A stretch of DNA of 64,000 nt from a bacterium (GCA_963693055.1 OY843751.1:5408001-5472000); one strand, 5' to 3'. Positions 49,490 to 59,570 are shown, counted from the stretch's first letter. Numbers and translations: made by a program. The notes: a model not told the origin generated them from the letters alone.

Positions 49490-49709
49490 GTGTTTTTTTG
49501 ATTTTTTTCGATTATTTTCTTGATTCTTTAGCATAATTTACGGATATTGGCTCAATCACTCAATTGAAAAGTATAATTTTCAAACAGTTATACAGATTAT
49601 TTCCTGAATTTTCTATGTATGTCATGGTTACTCGTTACCTGCCATAATTTAAATCATTTGGGGAACCGGGGTCCATACATATTTCATTAACAAACATTGG
49701 AGGATTTTC

Positions 49710-50450
49710 ATGTTTAATAAACACTGGACTGTTTTATTGGGCATCTTGTTTCTGATTTCATCTGCTTTTGGTGACATTTATATGAAGCAAAAACAGCATA
49801 CTGATCCCATCTCTATTATGGGGCAAACCCAACCCGCACAGGATGTGGTAAGCGAAACCTGGATAACCGAAAAAAAAGTTGCAGTTTCAACACCAGATCA
49901 AAAAATTGTAATTGACGCGGCACAACAAACCATGACCATGGCAGACCACCAAAAAAGAACACTTGCAACCATTCCTATGGATTTTACCAAAATGGCGGAA
50001 GAAGGCGGCATGTCTGATGATGAAAAGGCCCAGTTTCAGCAGTTTATGGGTGGCATGATGAATATAGACATTACTATCCAGAAAACCAGTGAAACCAAAA
50101 AAATTGGTAAATGGAACTGTACAAAATATATCCAAACCATGAATATGGGCATGGGAACCATAACCTCTGAGATCTGGGCAACAACAGACATCAAGGTTGA
50201 TCAGACCATGTATACAAAATACACAGCGGGCATGATGGCGCAATTGCCGGGCGTAAGCCAGAATCTCGAAAAGATCACCAAAGAATTGGAAAAAATCAAG
50301 GGTATTCAGGTATATACCAGTCAATCTATGGATATGATGGGACAAACCATCAAAACCACATCAGAATTGTTGGAATACAAAGAAGGCAATCCTCCATCAG
50401 ATGCGTTTACACTGCCAACTGGCTATAAAACAACCAATCCCTTTCAATAA
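49710..50450 (+). CDS. Secreted DUF4412-like protein
   Basis: Signal peptide; TSETKKIGKWNCTKY, EIWAT, FTLPTGYK; GGAGG RBS. Confidence 0.7.
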   Translation: MFNKHWTVLLGILFLISSAFGDIYMKQKQHTDPISIMGQTQPAQDVVSETWITEKKVAVSTPDQKIVIDAAQQTMTMADHQKRTLATIPMDFTKMAEEGGMSDDEKAQFQQFMGGMMNIDITIQKTSETKKIGKWNCTKYIQTMNMGMGTITSEIWATTDIKVDQTMYTKYTAGMMAQLPGVSQNLEKITKELEKIKGIQVYTSQSMDMMGQTIKTTSELLEYKEGNPPSDAFTLPTGYKTTNPFQ

Positions 50451-50457
50451 AATATTC

Positions 50458-50482
50458 AACCCCCGGTTTTACCGGGGGTTTT
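50458..50482 (+). terminator. Intrinsic terminator
   Basis: AACCCCCGGT-ttt-ACCGGGGGTTTT. Confidence 0.85.
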
Positions 50483-50504
50483 CATTCAGGATTGAGGTAT
50501 AAAC

Positions 50505-51098
50505 ATGAACAACGGATTGAAAAATACAGCAAAAATAATCGCAATTCTCTGTATATCCGCTTTGATCTATTTTATCAATCAAAAACTGGTACTTGTTCCA
50601 TTAACGGTTAAACCGGATTTCAATGTGTCAGACCTCTTTAATTACCTGGGATTCTTGATTTTTGTTTCTCTGGTACTTGAAAAATCTCTGGATGTTTTTT
50701 TAACCATTTTTCTTGCCGAAAATGCGGATCTGGAAAAACAGGAAATCCGCCGTCTCAAATCAAAATCAGAAAAATCAACCAATACGGATCAATCGGAATA
50801 CCAGCAAATCATGCTTGAACTGGACAAGGCAGTAAAAACCCGAATAGCCTCTCGCAGTAAAACCCGCAAAATCGCGCTCTATTCCGGATTGGCGTTTGGC
50901 ATAATCATCAGCGCTTTGGGCGTACGTGCATTAGATCAGATCTTTGACCTTCAAGCGGATTCAGTTACAACCATACAACATGACCTCTTTGCCACCATAG
51001 ACATTCTGGCAACGGGTATGCTGCTTGCCGGCGGCAGCGAAGGACTCCACAAGCTCACCGAATTGTATCGTACGTTTATGGATAAAAGTAACAGATGA
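50505..51098 (+). CDS. Hypothetical membrane protein
   Basis: GAGG RBS; 4 hydrophobic segments; TGMLLAGGSEGLH motif. Confidence 0.7.
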   Translation: MNNGLKNTAKIIAILCISALIYFINQKLVLVPLTVKPDFNVSDLFNYLGFLIFVSLVLEKSLDVFLTIFLAENADLEKQEIRRLKSKSEKSTNTDQSEYQQIMLELDKAVKTRIASRSKTRKIALYSGLAFGIIISALGVRALDQIFDLQADSVTTIQHDLFATIDILATGMLLAGGSEGLHKLTELYRTFMDKSNR

Positions 51099-51105
51099 TT
51101 TACAT

Positions 51106-51618
51106 CTATTCCTGAACCGGTATCAACACCTCTGTTTCTAATTTTTCTTTGGAAACCTTGCCCGGATCATTGAGATAGATCTCAAAGGATTCGTTCTGAA
51201 TGGCAATCCCCTTTTGTTCTGCAAATGCTGTCATTAGCTTGTAGGTATCTCCCACCTTTTGATAGGGACCGTAATGGATAGTGCGGATGTATCGTCCCTC
51301 GGGTAACCCGCCTAGTTTAATATCTCCCCGCTCCTCCAGCTCTTTTTTCACCGGAAATCCAATAGCCATATCCCATTTTCGGGTAAACACACGGATGAAT
51401 CCCATCAGCTTGTTTTCGTTCAACATGGTATCCCAGTTTAAATTCAGATACCGCACATAGGGCATACCACTCATCTCTTTACCCAATTCTTCCAGATAGG
51501 TCAAAATCAGCATATACGACTGCCGTATCATTAGCGGCATTTTCAGCATGGTGCACTGCATCCGGATTTCAAGCGTCGGCTCGTGTTCTTTTTTGATGAT
51601 TTTGATGGGGATTGGCAT
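51106..51618 (-). CDS. GyrI-like domain protein
   Basis: G.PYVRY, IGFPV, HYGPY, EIYLNDP..LETEV.IPV. Confidence 0.85.
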   Translation of the reverse strand: MPIPIKIIKKEHEPTLEIRMQCTMLKMPLMIRQSYMLILTYLEELGKEMSGMPYVRYLNLNWDTMLNENKLMGFIRVFTRKWDMAIGFPVKKELEERGDIKLGGLPEGRYIRTIHYGPYQKVGDTYKLMTAFAEQKGIAIQNESFEIYLNDPGKVSKEKLETEVLIPVQE

Positions 51619-51759
51619 TTTAACTCCAAATTATTATAAATTTTCAGGATATATTATAAATACAATTTTCAAAAACAACATGCAACAAAAAGTTATTCTG
51701 AAACATAAAACATCCAATTCCGTAAAAAATAGAGTGTGTGAAGAAAACAGGAATTAAAA

Positions 51760-52251
51760 ATGATCGTACCCGCCTTGCCCAAAGACGCAGAGGCCATTGC
51801 CAACATTTATAACCACTATGTTGCCGAAACCATTGTCACTTTTGAAGAGTTACCCGTCTCAATTCAGGAAATGGAACACCGCATCCGCAAGATTACCCAA
51901 TCGTACCCTTGGCTCATTGCCTTACAGGATGAACAGATCGTAGGATTCGCCTTTGCAAGTCCGTGGAAATCGCGTTGCGCCTACCGATACTCTGCTGAAA
52001 GCACCGTCTACCTCCATCCCGATCACACCTGCAAAGGATACGGGTCCCGACTTTACAGCCAGCTCTTGCAGGAGCTGAAATCCCAAAATCTGCACAGTGT
52101 GCTAGCTGGCATTTCTTTGCCCAATCCTGCCAGCATTGCCCTGCATGAAAAATTAGGATTTGATAAAGTAGCCCATTTCAAAGAGGTGGGATTCAAATTT
52201 GAACAATGGATTGATGTGGGGTACTGGGAACTCGTCTTAAACCAACCATAA
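51760..52251 (+). CDS. GNAT N-acetyltransferase (phosphinothricin/ArsN1-like)
   Basis: IYNHYV..TFEE, AYRYSAESTVY, LPNPASIALHEKLGF, VGFKFEQWIDVGYW. Confidence 0.9.
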   Translation: MIVPALPKDAEAIANIYNHYVAETIVTFEELPVSIQEMEHRIRKITQSYPWLIALQDEQIVGFAFASPWKSRCAYRYSAESTVYLHPDHTCKGYGSRLYSQLLQELKSQNLHSVLAGISLPNPASIALHEKLGFDKVAHFKEVGFKFEQWIDVGYWELVLNQP

Positions 52252-52253
52252 CC

Positions 52254-52334
52254 ATGATTCAAAGGATTCTCGGGATTACCTTGATATAACCCAGATGCAA
52301 AAAATAAAACCCAGATTAACAGGATTACCTTGAC
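52254..52334. repeat. GGATT/CCTTGAT tract (reverse of the AATCAAGG repeat family)
   Basis: GGATTACCTTGA twice and AACCCAGAT twice immediately after the GNAT stop. Confidence 0.75.
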
Positions 52335-52455
52335 TATAACTTTTATCAATACTAAATTACTTTTTCTAGTTGATTAAATTCAAAAAATCCATATCTTTTT
52401 TTAAACTAGCATAGGGTGCATTAATAGACTTCCTTAATAAATTTTAAAATTCAAT

Positions 52456-53688
52456 ATAAAAACAAAAATCTTTATACTAATCACTGTTTTATCAGCATTT
52501 TCCTTTTCACAATCATTCTATTATATCCCCGAACATTTTAATGAACTAGCGATCATAAATGATCCGGATGGATACACCAACATGAGAGCAGGTGAAAATT
52601 CTGATTTTGCGGTAATTGACACCCTTCAGGAATCAGAACTATTTTATTGCAATTACTCAGAATCCAGCGACTGGACCAAGGTAAAAAAATGTGAAGGTGA
52701 TTCCGGTTATGTACACAAAAGCCGTATTCAATTAATCAAAAACATGTCAAAGCAAGAAATTCATAAATTATTCAAATCCGTTTTCGCTAAAGAGTCTGAA
52801 TTGTTTTATTACCATTTATTAAACTCATCTTCACAGGCAAAGCGTATCAAAATGGAAAAGTACTCTGAGCAGATTTTAAATCCATTGCTAAAAATTTTAC
52901 CAGAGTATATATCCACAACAAAAGATACCGCATTGTTTCAGGATTTTCTGGATATTATCAACCTGGAAAAACATTCTGCAGACGAACTCCCTTCTTTTGT
53001 TTTGGGACAAATTTATATCGAAAATCCTGATTTTACATTAGAATCCGTTTCCCTTAAATACACCCCCCAATTACATGAGGCTCTTAAATGGGGATTCGAT
53101 AACATAATTTTTGAAAAAGAAAAACAAATAAATAACTATTCCACATTAAAAGATAAACTCGCAAACCTGAAAGAATTTAAGTTTCCGCCAATAATCCCGC
53201 AATGTGCAGACATTGCAGTTAATAGTCTGTATTTATGGGATCGAAACAGTGTTGAAGAAATGCTAGGCAGCGATATACATTGGGAATATCAGGATGATGA
53301 TATTTTTCCCCGCTATTGTGTCAGCAACAGGGACCAAACCCAATTTCTAACCCTGATCTTCCATCCCGGCAGTATAAAGAATGAATTCAGTGAATGTATC
53401 ATTTCATATCAACCACCAGAAGAACAAATTCACACATTGGATTTTATTGAAGAATTTGAGACTTTAAAAAATATACAGTTAGGAACAAAAAAAGACAAAC
53501 TCAAAAACGAGTTAGGATATCCACACAACGAAACCAGCATTAATGATACAACAATAGTACAATACAAAATTGATAATCTTAAAGATTCAGATTTTCTAAA
53601 ATTTTATTATACACCGATATATTATGGTAACTATACTTTTGCTAAAGACAGATTGATTCAAATACAATTTGGTTTTGAATATCCATAA
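52456..53688 (+). CDS. Secreted SH3-domain hypothetical protein; ATA at the expected start
   Basis: Frame is open from 52441; (I)KTKIFILITVLSAFSFS signal peptide and INDPDGYTNMR..GYVHKSRI SH3 motif precede or span the first ATG (52582). Confidence 0.6.
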   Translation: MKTKIFILITVLSAFSFSQSFYYIPEHFNELAIINDPDGYTNMRAGENSDFAVIDTLQESELFYCNYSESSDWTKVKKCEGDSGYVHKSRIQLIKNMSKQEIHKLFKSVFAKESELFYYHLLNSSSQAKRIKMEKYSEQILNPLLKILPEYISTTKDTALFQDFLDIINLEKHSADELPSFVLGQIYIENPDFTLESVSLKYTPQLHEALKWGFDNIIFEKEKQINNYSTLKDKLANLKEFKFPPIIPQCADIAVNSLYLWDRNSVEEMLGSDIHWEYQDDDIFPRYCVSNRDQTQFLTLIFHPGSIKNEFSECIISYQPPEEQIHTLDFIEEFETLKNIQLGTKKDKLKNELGYPHNETSINDTTIVQYKIDNLKDSDFLKFYYTPIYYGNYTFAKDRLIQIQFGFEYP

Positions 53689-53710
53689 CTAAATTATGTT
53701 AAATGAAAAA

Positions 53711-54514
53711 TCACTTTTTTATTATTATTGCAGAACCACTCATGTCAACCATAGGAATTGCTATTTCTTCTTTTCCCCTTAAAAAATCGTCAACCGCTTT
53801 TCTAGCCCCAACCCAAGCATTATAATCGTGAATTACAATAATACCATTTTTAGACATCCGGGGATAAAAAAATGTCAACCCTTCAAAAGTAGGTTCATAT
53901 AAATCTGCATCCAAATGAACAAAAGAAAAAGTCTTTTCCAATAATTCGTCTGTTATTGTGTCAGGGAAATAACCCATATAAAAATGTATATTATCATTTT
54001 GTGGATTAATAGCTGATTTTACAATATTTATTGATGTGTCTGCAAAAACATCTAATGAAACACTATGATCCATATTACTTTTTTCAGCTTCAACTCCTTT
54101 TTGGGTAAATCCTTCAAAAGTATCAAACAAATGTAATTGACGATTCGGAGAATAATAATGAAAGAGCTTTGCTGTTGCCCCCTTGTAAACACCAAGTTCT
54201 GCAAAATCACCCGGTATTGCATGCTCTTCTATGGTACGGAGTAAAAGTATCAACATATCGCGTCTAACAGAATCATAATGCTGCAACGAATGAATTTGCC
54301 GATGAATAAAGTCATCTTTTAAATAATATCCACCAGAAAAATCTATAAATTTTTCATCATACCATCTTGATGAAGGATGTAAAACCATCTGACCTTGCAT
54401 AAAATATGCTGAATCCTTTAAGATATAACTCAACTGCTTTAACATCCATTTTTTAGCTAACGGTATGTTATGTTTGGGATTAAATACCAATCGCTTAATA
54501 TATGACAAAAGCAT
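53711..54514 (-). CDS. TylF/MycF-family O-methyltransferase
   Basis: PGDFAELGVYKG, FDTFEGF, GYFPDT, HLDADLYE, HDY. Confidence 0.88.
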   Translation of the reverse strand: MLLSYIKRLVFNPKHNIPLAKKWMLKQLSYILKDSAYFMQGQMVLHPSSRWYDEKFIDFSGGYYLKDDFIHRQIHSLQHYDSVRRDMLILLLRTIEEHAIPGDFAELGVYKGATAKLFHYYSPNRQLHLFDTFEGFTQKGVEAEKSNMDHSVSLDVFADTSINIVKSAINPQNDNIHFYMGYFPDTITDELLEKTFSFVHLDADLYEPTFEGLTFFYPRMSKNGIIVIHDYNAWVGARKAVDDFLRGKEEIAIPMVDMSGSAIIIKK

Positions 54515-54565
54515 ACTCCCCTCCGGTAATAATTATTATTTGATAATCATTTTTTCTAAATACAG

Positions 54566-54580
54566 TCAAAATTTATGCCA
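54566..54580 (-). promoter_or_regulatory. Possible sigma54 promoter of the TylF-like gene (variant -12)
   Basis: TGGCATAAATTTTGA on the minus strand, GG-N10-GA, ~50 bp upstream of the start. Confidence 0.5.
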
Positions 54581-54778
54581 AACGACAAATGTTTGTAATT
54601 AAAGAACTTGCAAAAAGTATCCCCTTAAAATTTCCTGCATAGATTTCCTATATACTAAAAATTTTCATACCTCAAAAACAATTAAACAATGCATCTATTT
54701 TGAAGAGAAATTTTTAAATTACAAAAATCATACAGTCTTATTTACTGTAATCCCCAAGTTAAACGACTTCTCTAACTA

Positions 54779-56680
54779 TTATGGAACAGTTAACAACCCC
54801 AGTATTTTTTCCCATTGAGCAAAATCAGGAACCACCAATTGCGCACCGGCCTTGATCAAACGTTCACGTTTAAACGTATTTAATCCGTGTCTGCGCTGTT
54901 CATCGCTGGCAACCCCAATTGCCAGTCCGTCATACTTGCGGCATGCCCGAATTTCAACGGGACCATCAGAGATAACCGCAAACTCGGGAGCATGCAAATT
55001 GTGTTCTTTGATTATTTTTTCAACCAATGCGTCTTTGCTAAAAGCATCTGTATCGCTCATGGCACCGTAAATGCCACCCTTGAACAGATGATTGTATTCC
55101 AACAACTCGGCTTCCTGCTCTACAGTAGCAACATCAATACTGCCCGCCAAAATCAAGGTAACTCCCCGGTCATCAAGACCTTCCAACAAAACCTCAACAC
55201 CCTTTATAGTAAAATCCGTGGGTTCAAGCTCCCCTTTTTCAATCCTCGAGATATTCTTACGTACCGGCTCCATCAACGTTTTTGTAAAAATCCTGAAATA
55301 CTCTTTTGGCTCCAAAACCTGATCTTCCGAAACAAGATTAAATTCTTTTACCATTTCAGTCAACTCTTCCATCTGCAGCAGAGGATGCAGCCCCGTTGAC
55401 ACATTAACAAAATTGCTAACACGTCTGGTGATCTTTTCGCACAGGGCTACCGGTATGGTATGTTCCTGCTCGCCCACAATACATTTTTTCATAACACGTT
55501 TCAACGTATCACGGGAATTCTCACGCAGGGTGCTGATGGTTCCATCATGATCAAAAATCACATACTGCACTCTTCCCAATCCCAGCGACTCACGGGGTAC
55601 ACAAATCTCTATCTCACTGTCTTCAATATAGTGAGCCTCTTCCAGATCTCTTGCCAGTTCAGGTTGATGCATATAGACTGCGTGTGTTTTTAAATCCAAA
55701 ATCTCCTGAATAGAAGCAGTTCCGGTTTGAAATAGCTTTTGAACCGTCACACCCGCTGCCAGATTGGCAATTTCAGCAGCTTCCGCTGGAGAACTTCCAG
55801 CAGCCAGGCACACTGCCAACGCACTGATCACCGTATCGCCGGCACCTACGGTATCCAATTTGTTGGTAAACAAGAGTCCCGGAACGTGGGCAATTCCTTT
55901 GTTATCAGCTATTATAACCCCGCTGTCACCCCGTGTAATGAACACAGGTTTGCGGGATTGCTTGTACAACATTTGGGCGTGTTCACGGGAAACACGATCA
56001 GGGATAATTTCGTCGGGTTGTGCGTCAACCCCCGACAAGTTGGCAGCTTCTACCGCATTGGTTTTGCGGTAAACATTTACAAGCATTTCTCCAAAATGTC
56101 GGGAATCCGCAATAATAATTTTATCACTAAAATCCTGAAAAACCCGGTTGGCCTGTTCTAGAAAGGCCTCTCCAATACTATCGGGAACCTGTTGGTTGAA
56201 AATCATAACATCGCATTGTGGCAACAAATGTCGGATATTCTCAATAATCTTGCGGTCCGTTTCCGGAGAGCGTTGATTATAATATCCAAAATCGATACGC
56301 GGCAACTCGCTATCACCCATGTATCGTTTACCATAAGTATAGGTATCAAAATCATTGGGCTGCACTACCAAATAATCGGTATTTACACCTGCGGCATTCA
56401 TCTGGTATTTCATTTCACGTCCGTAAATATCCGGACCAATTGCGCCAACCACATGGATTGATGCCGGTTTTAAAGCCGCCAGATTTGCAACAACATTAGA
56501 AGCACCACCCAGTGAATAGTAATGACGCGCTACTGCCTCGGTCTGCATACCGGTCTCGACCGATACTTCACCACCTCGGGCATCAAGTACCCAATACGCG
56601 TCAATACAAAAATCACCATACACCAAAACACGAACATTACTAATTTTATCCAACACTGCTTTTATTTGTTGTTCATCCAT
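54779..56680 (-). CDS. PfkB/HldE-like sugar-phosphate kinase fused to a HAD-family phosphatase
   Basis: VYGDFCID.Y, LGGASNV..NL, ITRG..G, DTVGAGD; then IFDHDGT and LIKAGA..VVPDF. Confidence 0.8.
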   Translation of the reverse strand: MDEQQIKAVLDKISNVRVLVYGDFCIDAYWVLDARGGEVSVETGMQTEAVARHYYSLGGASNVVANLAALKPASIHVVGAIGPDIYGREMKYQMNAAGVNTDYLVVQPNDFDTYTYGKRYMGDSELPRIDFGYYNQRSPETDRKIIENIRHLLPQCDVMIFNQQVPDSIGEAFLEQANRVFQDFSDKIIIADSRHFGEMLVNVYRKTNAVEAANLSGVDAQPDEIIPDRVSREHAQMLYKQSRKPVFITRGDSGVIIADNKGIAHVPGLLFTNKLDTVGAGDTVISALAVCLAAGSSPAEAAEIANLAAGVTVQKLFQTGTASIQEILDLKTHAVYMHQPELARDLEEAHYIEDSEIEICVPRESLGLGRVQYVIFDHDGTISTLRENSRDTLKRVMKKCIVGEQEHTIPVALCEKITRRVSNFVNVSTGLHPLLQMEELTEMVKEFNLVSEDQVLEPKEYFRIFTKTLMEPVRKNISRIEKGELEPTDFTIKGVEVLLEGLDDRGVTLILAGSIDVATVEQEAELLEYNHLFKGGIYGAMSDTDAFSKDALVEKIIKEHNLHAPEFAVISDGPVEIRACRKYDGLAIGVASDEQRRHGLNTFKRERLIKAGAQLVVPDFAQWEKILGLLTVP

Positions 56681-56704
56681 TTCTGTTCCCGAATCATAGT
56701 TTTT

Positions 56705-57985
56705 CTATTCTGCAATAGCTTCCAGTTTTTCTAACCGTTTTATGCTTTCAACCATGCAGCGAATAGTATGATAGTTGACCTTCCAGGAATGGCTCATATG
56801 GTTCCAGACCTTTTTATCGCCTTCCCTGTTCATCAATGGCCACCATTCACCAACCGGATGATTGATCATTTTGTCAAACACAAAACGGTGCACATTTTCA
56901 TATGCAGGCCAGTATTTTTCATCATTGAACAGCAATACACCATCTAACATGCCAATCATTACTTCTGCCTGCTGCCAGAATTCTTTTTCCCGGTCATGAA
57001 CGCCACCCGCGTGAGATCCTTCAACATACACACCGCCATATTCCCAATCAATACCATGAGCAAGAGCATGGTCAAGCTGCAATCTTATCAGATCCAGATA
57101 TGGGGTTTTGTCAATGCTCAAAATATCAAGCGCACGATTCAATAACCAGGCAAATTCACAGTTGTGGCCATAGGATGTATTATCATCCGCATTATCTTTA
57201 GCGCCACTGTCTGAAAATCGGTCCCAGCCCCATACAATATCAAACTTGATTTGGGGGGCTACTTTCCAATCCCGCCAGAACTGTGGAATTCCGGTTCGAT
57301 ATTCAGGGTGCAATATTCGTTCCAACAACAGCTCTATGCTCTCAATTAATGCACGACGATGCGTAGATTTCCCTGTACATTCATACAGAGTGGTAAAAGC
57401 TTCCATCAAGTGCATGTGAACATCCAACGTCTTGCGATCGCCACCCTCACTGCCGGGGCCGCAAAGGTCCCAATTTTTCTCAAACATTTCAAAAAATCCG
57501 CCATACATTATGTCAAGACCATGGGTTTTGATCAATTCAAAAACGCGTTCGGCATATTTTTGACCTCGTGGGTCACCGGTTGCCAGGGTATATTCACTCA
57601 AAGAGTACATACAAAACGACAAACCATACATTATTTTCTTTTCAATCTCGGGTTCGCCGCTTCTATATGTGGTCCAGATAAATCCTTCATTCTCCTTGTC
57701 CCACATTTTATCAAGAAGAAAATCCACACCATGGTCAGCAAAATCTTTACAGCTTCCTTCTCCCCAACCGGCTCTATGCGCCTGGGCAAAACTGAAAACC
57801 GTACGTGTTTGTGCAATCAGAGATTTTTGATCATCACCGCTGTCATTTCCATCTTTATCAAAGTGGGTAATAAATCCCCCGTATGTGTCATCTTTACTTC
57901 TATCCATCCAAAAAGGCAATAATTCTTTAGTTAAATGATGTATTGCCTCATTTTTCAATGCAGTAACGTTTTCTTTTTTCAACAT
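56705..57985 (-). CDS. AGE-family epimerase (cellobiose/N-acylglucosamine 2-epimerase)
   Basis: LLPFW..D..YGGF, KTLDVHMHLMEA, SYGHNCE, WQQAE, WKVNYH. Confidence 0.88.
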   Translation of the reverse strand: MLKKENVTALKNEAIHHLTKELLPFWMDRSKDDTYGGFITHFDKDGNDSGDDQKSLIAQTRTVFSFAQAHRAGWGEGSCKDFADHGVDFLLDKMWDKENEGFIWTTYRSGEPEIEKKIMYGLSFCMYSLSEYTLATGDPRGQKYAERVFELIKTHGLDIMYGGFFEMFEKNWDLCGPGSEGGDRKTLDVHMHLMEAFTTLYECTGKSTHRRALIESIELLLERILHPEYRTGIPQFWRDWKVAPQIKFDIVWGWDRFSDSGAKDNADDNTSYGHNCEFAWLLNRALDILSIDKTPYLDLIRLQLDHALAHGIDWEYGGVYVEGSHAGGVHDREKEFWQQAEVMIGMLDGVLLFNDEKYWPAYENVHRFVFDKMINHPVGEWWPLMNREGDKKVWNHMSHSWKVNYHTIRCMVESIKRLEKLEAIAE

Positions 57986-58045
57986 TGAACGCTCCTTTTG
58001 TTATTTATATGAATTAATTTAGTCCAAATAAAGAAACTACTTTTT

Positions 58046-58231
58046 TTACTGCTCCTCTTCACTTGATTCAACCATAAATATTTTACCATTTTTAACATCC
58101 GTAAGATGATCATATTTGGGATACCGGGAAGATAATGCATCCAGTTTTTCCAATAATAGTGTCTCTTGTTCTGTAATGGATTGATCAGTATCTACCCATC
58201 TTTTGTTCCGTTGCTTGAACCATTTAAACAT
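58046..58231 (-). CDS. Small hypothetical protein
   Basis: 61 aa; AAGGAG RBS; 6 bp after the upstream gene in the same orientation. Confidence 0.55.
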   Translation of the reverse strand: MFKWFKQRNKRWVDTDQSITEQETLLLEKLDALSSRYPKYDHLTDVKNGKIFMVESSEEEQ

Positions 58232-58237
58232 GATACT

Positions 58238-59443
58238 TTACTCCTTCATATCCAGCTCAAATAAGCGGCCCTCTCCCGCTTTAAAAACAAGCTCACACTT
58301 GAAACGATTATTTTCCAAATCTATATCCGTGTTTTCAACTTTGCCAAAGTTTATCTGTCGTAAATGTTTTACCTTTTCATTAAAAAACAATTTACAGACA
58401 GCCCCTGTTTGAACATTTTTGTTTACCAACCATATCCAATAATGATTACCTCTCTTGTAAATACCGGTTAAAAATTGATTACCCATCATATTAACAAGAG
58501 GTAAACCCGCTTTTAAAGAAACACAGCCCTTGGGTACCGGGTCTGTATGAAAGACACCAACTGAACTTACATCATTCAGAAACGGAGCAAAAGATTGAAC
58601 CACATCATTTAAATATCGAATATGTGTGATGGTACTTGTTGATCTGTTGATATCAAGAATAATACCTTCTTTATTATCACGTTCAAAAGCATTCGGATAA
58701 TAAGCAATTCCCTTTGCACCATATGCCAGCACACTGAAAAACTGAACATCCAGTTGACTTTTTTCCACCGCTGGGCTAAAATGATGTGTTTGAGTCATTG
58801 TGGCCCACCAGGGGATGTTTTCTTCTTCACAAATACTTTTCAAGATTTCCAAATTCTGAAAATAATCCGTATCGGCAGTAAATACAGGAAATTGTTCAAA
58901 ACAGATCAGACGTGGAGAAACCCGGTCAACCAGATTCCACAGATCGCGATAAAAATAGTTCAAACCATTAATATCATTCTGGCGATGCAAAGGCAGCATA
59001 TTCACCAAAGCAGGATGCTCAGGATCTTGTGCATTCAAATAGTGAATACTGTTTGCAAACCGGGAATACATACTTGAATCTGGCTTGTCAAAAGTATAAT
59101 AACCATAAAACGATGAATGAATAGAATAATCTGCTATCATACTATCCAGCATTTGTTGCTTTTGCGGATTTTGCATAAATTGATCAATGCGCTGATCTGC
59201 AAGAATCAGTTTTATATCCAGAGAATCTGCCAACCCTAACCATTTAATATTTTGTTCTAATCCCACAAATGGCATTGCTACAATATTAAATCCTGCTTGC
59301 TGCAATTCTATCACTTGCGTATTTTCTATTTTTTTTTGTTCAGAATTCAACAAAGCCATCACCGGAACAGGAGTAGTGGTCTTGTATTGTTGACAGCTGA
59401 TTAGGAAAAACAGTAGGATAACAAATCGGGTATAAAATCTCAT
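58238..59443 (-). CDS. Hypothetical lipoprotein, probably with a glycoside-hydrolase-like TIM barrel
   Basis: LISC lipobox; AGFN, DPEHPALVNMLP, LAYGAKGIAYY, AGEGRLF; the DEP acid/base motif appears as DKP. Confidence 0.6.
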   Translation of the reverse strand: MRFYTRFVILLFFLISCQQYKTTTPVPVMALLNSEQKKIENTQVIELQQAGFNIVAMPFVGLEQNIKWLGLADSLDIKLILADQRIDQFMQNPQKQQMLDSMIADYSIHSSFYGYYTFDKPDSSMYSRFANSIHYLNAQDPEHPALVNMLPLHRQNDINGLNYFYRDLWNLVDRVSPRLICFEQFPVFTADTDYFQNLEILKSICEEENIPWWATMTQTHHFSPAVEKSQLDVQFFSVLAYGAKGIAYYPNAFERDNKEGIILDINRSTSTITHIRYLNDVVQSFAPFLNDVSSVGVFHTDPVPKGCVSLKAGLPLVNMMGNQFLTGIYKRGNHYWIWLVNKNVQTGAVCKLFFNEKVKHLRQINFGKVENTDIDLENNRFKCELVFKAGEGRLFELDMKE

Positions 59444-59570
59444 ATCTGCCTTGAATTAGATCACGTTGTAATAATAAAGTATTACGATAGTAAAGTCAAG
59501 AAAAAAAGATTTCATTTGCTCAAATGTCAAGTTTTGTTATCTTATAAAAATAAAAATGGGAGTAGATATA

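Noticed and set aside
47191-54737. AGACTGTAT / ATACAGTCT as ends of a composite element resembling the MITE IR
   Set aside because: Only a 9-bp match 7.5 kb apart, no duplication or transposase; compatible with chance
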